NCBI GenBank assembly: GCA_041665305.1
Contig: JBAYJD010000002.1
Location: 10,068-74,067, forward strand
Length of the DNA: 64,000 bases
From: Elusimicrobiales bacterium
Lineage (GTDB): Bacteria > Elusimicrobiota > Elusimicrobia > Elusimicrobiales > UBA9959
Direction of reading: 5' to 3'
Shown: positions 49,898-55,153 of the stretch, in pieces
Numbering within the stretch: position 1 is the stretch's first letter
Layout: every line of letters starts with the position of its first letter
Notes under the pieces: model-generated
Database searches by the model: none
The model's input: the letters and a program-made list of their open reading frames with translations, nothing else
Told to the model about the DNA's origin: nothing
Made by a program: the position numbers and the translations under genes

Positions 49898-49935
49898 GAG
49901 CCTTTTGCACTCTGACGACTTTTTGATATTTCCGA

Positions 49936-49985
49936 GAAAAAGACCGTGCGCAACGGATTGCGTTCCGTTTGTCCCGGTCTTTTTC
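49936..49985 (-). terminator. A5-stem-loop-T5 hairpin between the HEAT gene stop and ATG 49897 (terminator or attenuator-like; it would be coding if ATG 50005 is the true start)
   Basis: On the minus strand: GAAAAAGACCG-ggacaaacggaacgcaatccgttgcgca-CGGTCTTTTTC. The outer stem is 11 bp (49936-49946 with 49975-49985), with an inner aacgga/tccgtt pairing and a following T-run. Confidence 0.3.
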
Positions 49986-50036
49986 AGGGCGTCTTTCAGT
50001 TTCATATTAACCGTTGCCGCCGGCCAAGCCGTACGA

Positions 50037-50798
50037 TCACTTTTTTTTCATATGCAGATCGATCCTTGCCTTTACAGCTTTATCCCCGCTGCGCTCCTTT
50101 ATGCCGCGCAATTTGTTTTCTCCATCCTCGGTCCGGCTCAGGGCGTCAAGTATTCCAAGTTTTGCGCCGGGATCCTTTTCAAGGTCGAAATCTTTTGACA
50201 GGGTTTCCGCATCGCCAAGCCTGGATAACGCCATGTAAGCGGCTATCCGCATATCCCTGTCAAGGTCGGTCCCGACTATATCCCGCAGACGCTCCAGCGC
50301 TTTCGGATCATTAAAAAACCCGAGTGAATTGACGGCCTGGATCCGTACGCCTTTATGTTTTTCGACCTTCAGCGCCGCGAGTATCCCGTTAAGCGCGCTC
50401 CGGCCGCCGGTTTTTCTCAACGCCGTTATGGCGCTTGTCCGGCCGCCGGGTTCCGGCTCGCTTATAGCGGCCCGGCTTAAAAACACCACCGCCTCATCGC
50501 TTTGTATCGCGCCCAGTTCCCGGTAAAGTCTTTCCCTGCCCGGAAGCTCTTTTTCCGCTTTGGCCGCTGAGATCTTCCCCTTGACGCCGTTATCAGACGG
50601 CGCCGCGCCAAGCGTCGTTACCGAAAAAATACCGCTGATAAAAACGATCACACAGCACACGGCCGGAAAGACCGTCCTTTCCTTCCTGGTAAAAACGGGC
50701 TCCTCAAAGCCTATATCAGCTTTAAAAAGTTCGCTAAATACGGTCCTTCTTGATTCAGCCATATAATTACCCGGCATAAGCGGATATAGCTCCGGCAC
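50037..50798 (-). CDS. Membrane-anchored HEAT-repeat (PBS-lyase HEAT-like) protein
   Basis: Track ORF of 253 aa with one TM segment (FPAVCCVIVFISGIFSVTTLG). HEAT-like repeats follow: AITALRKTGGRSALNGILAALKVEKHKGVRIQAVNSLGFFNDPKALERLRDIVGTDLDRDMRIAAYMALSRLGD. The listed start is GTG 50798; ATGs at 50777 and 50762 are alternatives. The stop is 140 nt upstream of ATG 49897. Confidence 0.75.
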   Translation of the reverse strand: MPELYPLMPGNYMAESRRTVFSELFKADIGFEEPVFTRKERTVFPAVCCVIVFISGIFSVTTLGAAPSDNGVKGKISAAKAEKELPGRERLYRELGAIQSDEAVVFLSRAAISEPEPGGRTSAITALRKTGGRSALNGILAALKVEKHKGVRIQAVNSLGFFNDPKALERLRDIVGTDLDRDMRIAAYMALSRLGDAETLSKDFDLEKDPGAKLGILDALSRTEDGENKLRGIKERSGDKAVKARIDLHMKKK

Positions 50799-51060
50799 AC
50801 ACTTAACGCCTAAAGCGCTATAAGGACGCTTGCGAACAAGCTAAACGCCAAGTATTTCACAAACGCAAATAAGCGCCGCCTCCGGAAACTCCTGTCATCC
50901 CCGGTGTTCGACGCCTTTGATAAATATCATAGTAATTATAATACAAAGATGATATTACAAAAAAGTTAATTTTTTGGGTAATTTCCGAAACCTCCCTCTT
51001 TTGCATAATTCCGGTCATAAATCCCTTCTCCCGGCCCGGCCTGGGAACGCGGCAGTGCGG

Positions 51061-51101
51061 CAGAAAAACGGCCTGACGGGACGGCGCGCGCAATTCAGGC
51101 C
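51061..51101 (-). terminator. Second intrinsic-terminator-like hairpin downstream of sRNA-like unit A
   Basis: The minus-strand RNA reads GGCCUGA-(18 nt)-UCAGGCC followed by GUUUUUCUG. The stem arms are 51095-51101 and 51070-76. Confidence 0.4.
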
Positions 51102-51102
51102 A

Positions 51103-51287
51103 ATAAAAAACCGCTTCAGCGTTCTTCGTTCCCATACAGGGCTACCGCTCCGAAGACAGCCAAAACGGCCGACCGCGACAAATCAGTTTTGATCTTCGGC
51201 AGCCTGACCCCCGCGTATATAGCGGGTCTTAGCTTTGCGCCGCCGGCTTTCGCCGGCTTTGCTATTATCGTGACATACGAACTTCGC
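51103..51287 (-). ncRNA. sRNA-like transcription unit A (~185 nt), family unknown
   Basis: It is bounded by a consensus promoter (51294-51321) and a long terminator hairpin with a T-run. The hairpin arms are 51151-51168 and 51111-51128, paired with G-U wobbles, and the A-run on plus is 51103-51110. Internal hairpins are gccggc-GAAA-gccggc and cccgc-tatatac-gcggg. There is no plausible ORF (only ATG-TCA-CGA-TAA). Confidence 0.45.
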
Positions 51288-51293
51288 GTTAAT

Positions 51294-51321
51294 ATTATAG
51301 CAGACAATCCGTATTTGTCAA
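51294..51321 (-). promoter_or_regulatory. Consensus sigma70-type promoter with extended -10 (unit A)
   Basis: Minus strand: TTGACA (51321-51316), a 16-nt spacer aatacggattgtcTGc, then TATAAT (51299-51294). The TGn extended -10 is present. Confidence 0.65.
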
Positions 51322-51342
51322 GGCCTATGCCCTTGACGAGTC

Positions 51343-51354
51343 AAACAAAATACC
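51343..51354. promoter_or_regulatory. TTGAC-N2-GTCAA palindrome upstream of promoter A (candidate operator)
   Basis: The sequence ttgacgagtcaa is a perfect 5+5 inverted repeat lying 21 nt upstream of the -35 box. A matching palindrome sits in the equivalent position upstream of promoter B. Confidence 0.4.
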
Positions 51355-51373
51355 ACAAGGCGGCCACGACCTA

Positions 51374-51418
51374 AAGGGCGGGGTGGTAAAAATTTTTGCG
51401 GCGAAAATTTTTAACCGC
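51374..51418. repeat. 45-bp A5T5-GCGGC-A5T5 element, copy 1
   Basis: aagggcggggtggtaaaaatttttgcggcgaaaatttttaaccgc matches 56819-56863 at 40 of 45 positions. It contains two self-complementary AAAAATTTTT blocks. Confidence 0.7.
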
Positions 51419-51634
51419 AAAAAAGGCCGTTTTGGCTTTCTTCGTTCTACCCTTAAGCAGGGTCGAGGCCCGAAGACAGCTAAAACGGCCAAATTACTTG
51501 TCCCGTTAGGGGCGCACCGGACACTGTCACCGCTTCAACTCCCACTCACCGTGACCACCCTACCGTTCCGACTCACTCTACCTGCCGCGCTCCTAACGGG
51601 ACACCCACTTCACCTGCTGCCACTGCTGCTTCCT
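51418..51634 (-). ncRNA. sRNA-like transcription unit B (~215 nt), family unknown
   Basis: A consensus promoter lies at 51641-51668. The 3' end is a 20-bp hairpin (51471-51490 pairing with 51425-51444, one mismatch) followed by UUUUUU (plus A-run 51418-51424). The body has a long-range helix, gtcccgttagg(a)gcgc ... gcgc(c)cctaacgggac, and is purine-rich. No ORF is present. Confidence 0.45.
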
Positions 51635-51640
51635 GAATAT

Positions 51641-51668
51641 ATTATAGCAGAAATACAAATATTGTCAA
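51641..51668 (-). promoter_or_regulatory. Consensus sigma70-type promoter with extended -10 (unit B)
   Basis: Minus strand: TTGACA (51668-51663), a 16-nt spacer atatttgtatttcTGc, then TATAAT (51646-51641). It begins 35 nt after the S41-like gene stop. Confidence 0.65.
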
Positions 51669-51678
51669 GGGTCCTTTG

Positions 51679-51692
51679 GTTGACATGTCAAC
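51679..51692. promoter_or_regulatory. GTTGAC-N2-GTCAAC palindrome upstream of promoter B (candidate operator)
   Basis: The sequence gttgacatgtcaac is a perfect 6+6 inverted repeat, 10 nt upstream of the -35 box. Confidence 0.4.
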
Positions 51693-51702
51693 AACCCCGA
51701 TC

Positions 51703-52842
51703 TCACTTCTTGGCGGCCGCAATAACCCCCATCGCTTTCTCATAGGCCGGATCGTCGAGCAGGGCCGTTTCGCCGGAGGCCGTCCAGGCGCGTTTAAACT
51801 CTTCCGCTTGGGCCGCCGACAGCCCGACCCTTAGATCAGGCTCCACTCCGAGATCCTCCAGCGCTTTCCCTGAGGGAGGGAACAACCTGGCTATGGTAAG
51901 CCTGATACCCTTCCCGCCCGGACCGAGGCTGAATGTTTTTTGCAGGGAAACGCCGCCCCGCGTGGTTTCGCCGATTATCTTCGCGCCGCGCAGTTCGCGC
52001 AGCGCCTGCGCGAACGCTTCCGCCGCCATGGCCGTGCCGGAATTGACCAGCACAAAGGGCTTAAGGGCGGCGAACCGCCCCCTGCCTGCGGCTTCAAAAA
52101 GCCTGGAGTAGCCTTTATGCCGGGATCTGAGCTCCAACACCGGGCCGGCCCCGGCGGCGAGGTCCTTTAAAAGCGCGGCGGCCTCGTCAGGCACTCCGCC
52201 GGAATCCCTCAGGTCGAAGACCACCCTTTTGGCGCCTAATCCGGACAGCGTATCCAGCCCCGCCGCGGCAATGGCGCCGGAGCCTTCGAAGAACATTCCT
52301 ATCCTGACAAAAGCAGTGGCGGTATCGGGCAGATAAAAGCCGAAGATCAAGGGGAAGGCGAACAATTCCTTTTTAAGTTTTACCGTTATCACACCGGCCC
52401 CGCCGGGAGCGCCTCGTTCTATCTTCAGACCGAACCCCGCGCCTGCGCGCAGGCCCGAAACCGCTTGGAGGTCGGCCTTACGGCCGTCAATTTCCAGCAC
52501 CCTGTCCCCATCCCGCAAACCGACCGCCGCGCCCGGAGAGCCCCTGAACACTTTGGCAAGGTAAAAGCCGCCGCGCCGTTCTTCCAAAAGCAGACCGGAG
52601 GAGAGGGCGCCTCCGCCGGGAAGCTCCTTAAATTTTTTCCCGGCCGCGACGATCTCCGCATGCCGGTCCAGGATCTTAAGGCCTTCCACGCCTTTGGAGA
52701 GCAGCAGTTCCCTGATCCGCCGGGGAGCGTGCGCCTCATAACTATGCTTTTCGAACACTTTAACGATGTCCGGCGCCATATCCTTATCCACGCAGGCCGC
52801 GCAGGCGGCAAGACAGACCAGCGGCAGGAAAATTTTATTCAT
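51703..52842 (-). CDS. S41 (C-terminal processing peptidase)-like lipoprotein with PDZ domain; catalytic dyad apparently substituted
   Basis: Track ORF of 379 aa. A lipoprotein-type signal is present (MNKIFLPLVCLAACAAC). A PDZ-like segment follows (GGFYLAKVFRGSPGAAVGLRDGDRVLEIDG). The S41 core motif DLR.N.GG reads DLRDSGGVP. The Ser motif G(S/T)ASASE reads GTAMAAE (52018-52038), and the Lys motif TFGKG reads TRGGV (51949-51963). Confidence 0.8.
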   Translation of the reverse strand: MNKIFLPLVCLAACAACVDKDMAPDIVKVFEKHSYEAHAPRRIRELLLSKGVEGLKILDRHAEIVAAGKKFKELPGGGALSSGLLLEERRGGFYLAKVFRGSPGAAVGLRDGDRVLEIDGRKADLQAVSGLRAGAGFGLKIERGAPGGAGVITVKLKKELFAFPLIFGFYLPDTATAFVRIGMFFEGSGAIAAAGLDTLSGLGAKRVVFDLRDSGGVPDEAAALLKDLAAGAGPVLELRSRHKGYSRLFEAAGRGRFAALKPFVLVNSGTAMAAEAFAQALRELRGAKIIGETTRGGVSLQKTFSLGPGGKGIRLTIARLFPPSGKALEDLGVEPDLRVGLSAAQAEEFKRAWTASGETALLDDPAYEKAMGVIAAAKK

Positions 52843-54188
52843 ATTCGATCGGCTCCGGATACGGGAAAATCGCCGGACGCGCCGCCGGCGTTATAACCGG
52901 GCGAGCAGGGATCGGTGGGCAGAAAAGGCCCGTACTCGGGGCACTGTTGAGCGTTGAGAGAATTGGGAGGCAGGCAGCAGCAGGGCGCCTTGGCCGTGCA
53001 GCCGCATTCCGCGCCGTAACCCTCGGTCGCGACATAGTCCTCCAGGCCGATATTCTGCAGGGTCTGCGCTGCGTCCGGATCGGCAAAACCTCCGCTCTCG
53101 GCCTTGTCCGCCGAGGCGCCGTCGCCGGCGCCCCCCGACCCCGTAAACGGTCCCAGGGGAGTGAACAGCGCCTTGGCCAGGCTCCGGCTTGCTTTTTTAT
53201 CCTGGTAGTCTTTATCCCCTTTCAGCGATTCTTTGGTGCCTTCCGCGTCCAGTTCCGGCTTGCCGACGGCGGAAACACCGAGCGTCCGGGCGTCGGAGGC
53301 GTTCAGGTCCTGCTCTCTCAGGAACTTGGGGATGGACCTGGGATCCACGCGGTCCAGTTTGGCCTTGACTTTCTCATCGTACACCAAAGAATAGGCGGCG
53401 TCGGAGTTGGCGTCGAAAGTTTTGGCTATCCAGCCCCTGGCCGCGTCCTGGGAGGCCAGGCGCGCGCCGTAGAGATTGGCTTTGAAGGCGCTTTTTAACG
53501 CCTCCATCACGGAAACCTTCGGCCCCCCGGCGGCGCCGCCCGGCGCGCCGCTTTTGGACTGCGCGAGCCGGGCCGGAGCATTGCCCTTCGTCTCTTCCGG
53601 TCTCAGCTCCGCCGTGCCGGAGGTCCGACCGCCGTTCAGCCGGCCGAGGGTTATCTCTTTGACCAGAAGTTTGCCGTCCGACCCGGACCTCGGGGCCTGG
53701 GAATGCGCTACAAAGCCGCCCGCGCCCGAAGACGGGTCCCCGGTTCCGGCCCCGCCCGCAGGACCGGCGGTTCCCGGGGCAGCCGCGCCGGACGCGCCGG
53801 CGGAACCGTCAAGAAGTTCTTTTTTAAGCGCCGGGTCGGCTTTCGCCAGTTCTTCTTCCGAAGCGAAAAATTCTCCTTCCTTTTCAGCTTTGGCCGCCGG
53901 TCCGGACCCAGGCGCGGCGCTATTGGCGCTCAGTTGGTTATAATTGCCGCCGCCCGCCAGTTTATCGGCGGCGTTTTTCATGGCGACCCAAGCCACGAAG
54001 CCTCCCACGGACAGGAAAACCAGCACGAGCGCGAGCCCCGTCCACTTATAGCTTCCGGGGCCCTTCGGGAGGAAAAAAGAAGCCCGGGAACCGCGGTCCT
54101 CATCGCTTTTATTTTCGCCGGTCATAGGTTGGTCCGCAAGGAAACGGCAGTCCTGCGGGTTCGGGGTCCTATCAGCCATGGGACCCAT
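52839..54188 (-). CDS. Single-pass membrane protein, Gly/Ala/Ser-rich, with a Cys-rich C-terminus (function unknown)
   Basis: Track ORF of 449 aa with TM segment WTGLALVLVFLSVGGFVAWVAM. The C-terminus is ECGCTAKAPCCCLPPNSLNAQQCPEYGPFLPTDPCSPG. Its stop overlaps the S41-like start by 4 nt (52839-52842), suggesting translational coupling. The true start may be ATG 54125. Confidence 0.6.
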   Translation of the reverse strand: MGPMADRTPNPQDCRFLADQPMTGENKSDEDRGSRASFFLPKGPGSYKWTGLALVLVFLSVGGFVAWVAMKNAADKLAGGGNYNQLSANSAAPGSGPAAKAEKEGEFFASEEELAKADPALKKELLDGSAGASGAAAPGTAGPAGGAGTGDPSSGAGGFVAHSQAPRSGSDGKLLVKEITLGRLNGGRTSGTAELRPEETKGNAPARLAQSKSGAPGGAAGGPKVSVMEALKSAFKANLYGARLASQDAARGWIAKTFDANSDAAYSLVYDEKVKAKLDRVDPRSIPKFLREQDLNASDARTLGVSAVGKPELDAEGTKESLKGDKDYQDKKASRSLAKALFTPLGPFTGSGGAGDGASADKAESGGFADPDAAQTLQNIGLEDYVATEGYGAECGCTAKAPCCCLPPNSLNAQQCPEYGPFLPTDPCSPGYNAGGASGDFPVSGADRI

Positions 54189-54491
54189 CGGGCCTGCGGT
54201 CGGCCCGGCGACTTCGCGCCGGTTGCCTGTTCATTGAATTGTGCTTCGCACCCCTCGGCCCGATCCGACCCATGGCTGCCACCCCTCCAGTTATACCCTG
54301 CCGCATATTTTAGTATTAACATGATCCCGCCCTTAATTACGATAAAGCACATTTAACCCGCCCGGTGGTTTCTGCAATCTTACAACAACAATAATGCTGT
54401 CGATACTGTCCCGCAGGCTTTTAAGGAAGCGGCAGTCCTGTAAGTGCGCGGGCATCGGGGGGACGGGGCTGCCTGGTCCGTTATCGTCCGC

Positions 54492-55115
54492 CTACTTCAA
54501 TCCCGGCAGCACGAACTGTATCGGCCTGTCCCGACTGGGCACATATTTAATGACTTCGAGCTGTTTTCCGCCGGCACAAAGATAGTCGTAGCCGTTGTTG
54601 CAGGCCGCGCCGTAAGGTTCGGCGCAAACCACCTGTTTGGGATACTTGCACAGCATCCCTATACCGGCGGGATCGGTCTCCACCGTCACCGTGACCACAT
54701 TCCAGACCTGCGTCCGCACGACCTCCAGCTTAAGCGTGCGGAGGTTCAGGAATTTCTTGACCGAGGGGGTGTTGAAACCGATATAATCTTTGACCTTCTC
54801 CTCTATATCCTTTCTAAGCCAGGGATCGTCCCAGCTTGCGGCGAAATCGGCGTTAAGATGCGATTCCAGCTGCCAGCGGCGGGCCGCGTAATAAGAGCCT
54901 ATCTCCATTTTCTGCACCAGCACCAGCAGTGCGAACATCTTGGCCGTGATAAAGACCACCAGCATGAAAAGCGGGAACAACAAAACGACTTCGGTCATCG
55001 CCTGCCCGCGCCTGCGGCGGGACCCGCCCGGAAGAGAGGAACGACGGGGAAAAATAAAATACAAAGCGGAAACGCACCGCCTCTTGATATTCTCAACAAC
55101 TCCACTGGCTCTCAT
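54492..55115 (-). CDS. TadE-like pseudopilin
   Basis: The N-terminus MRASGVVENIKRRCVSALYFIFPRRSSLPGGSRRRRGQAMTEVVLLFPLFMLVVFI fits the TadE pattern G-x-x-x-x-E-x-x-L-x-x-P plus a hydrophobic helix. I prefer ATG 55115, which is preceded by gggagaagagaggaataca, over the track's 55232 start, which overlaps the upstream gene. Confidence 0.6.
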   Translation of the reverse strand: MRASGVVENIKRRCVSALYFIFPRRSSLPGGSRRRRGQAMTEVVLLFPLFMLVVFITAKMFALLVLVQKMEIGSYYAARRWQLESHLNADFAASWDDPWLRKDIEEKVKDYIGFNTPSVKKFLNLRTLKLEVVRTQVWNVVTVTVETDPAGIGMLCKYPKQVVCAEPYGAACNNGYDYLCAGGKQLEVIKYVPSRDRPIQFVLPGLK

Positions 55116-55153
55116 TGTATTCCTCTCTTCTCCCGGCGCCCGCGGTTCCAGCC

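Larger units (their letters stand above)
20880..48781 (-). repeat. Array of ~70 tandem Trp/Tyr-rich Ig-like modules (~125-135 aa each) inside the giant ORF
   Basis: Each module opens with the boundary motif (F/Y/I)x(Y/F/I)Dxx(x)Px(S/T/A), for example FTYDTTVPVP at 47612-47641 and FIVDNTPPSV at 39290-39319 and 35120-35149. Next comes ..P..G..Y..L..I.GTA.D..SGV..V.(V/I).(I/L), then YW(N/D/T)G..W....W...W(S/T)Y, and the module ends Y.(I/V)..(R/K)A.D.AGN. I counted 73 boundary motifs by hand. On the plus strand the modules show as recurring ccagta/ccagtt. Example at 29521-29640: VNGVQVVIKRNTPGDYWTGSGWGAFSAASWLNA. Confidence 0.8.

Noticed and set aside
1-49897. The periodic DNA considered as a CRISPR array, satellite or mobile-element repeat
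   Set aside because: The repeat units are ~375-660 nt, contiguous, in a single reading frame and conserved mainly at the amino-acid level. There is no short direct-repeat/spacer structure, no terminal inverted repeats, and no transposase.
1-49897. The giant ORF considered as an NRPS/PKS megasynthase
   Set aside because: No adenylation, condensation, KS, AT or carrier-protein core motifs appeared anywhere in the hand translation. The whole protein is beta-sandwich-type repeats with a signal peptide and a sorting-type C-terminus.
50935-50940. TATAAT box (minus strand) in the AT-rich stretch upstream of the HEAT gene, considered as its promoter
   Set aside because: No acceptable -35 box lies at 16-18 nt spacing (TTGTAA is only 14 nt away), which is too weak to report as a feature.
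51103-51634. The sRNA-like units considered as known RNAs (6S, SRP/4.5S, tmRNA, RNase P, tRNA, riboswitch)
   Set aside because: There is no tRNA-like T-loop or acceptor, no tmRNA tag ORF, and no 5'/3' closing stem with a central bubble as in 6S. An aggaagcagc string in unit B resembles part of the SRP helix-8 motif but sits at the very 5' end with no partner strand. Only an Rfam scan can settle this.
50857-51745. Track ORFs 50857..51135(-), 50974..51192(+), 51116..51307(-), 51189..51374(+) and 51383..51745(+) in the intergenic region
   Set aside because: They run across promoters, hairpins and terminators, lack RBSs, and have implausible composition. The region is better explained as non-coding.
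54122-54352. 76-aa minus-strand ORF in the gap upstream of the membrane-protein gene
   Set aside because: It has no RBS, an odd composition, and overlaps the start region of the downstream gene in another frame. It is not excluded as a small protein, but it is unsupported.
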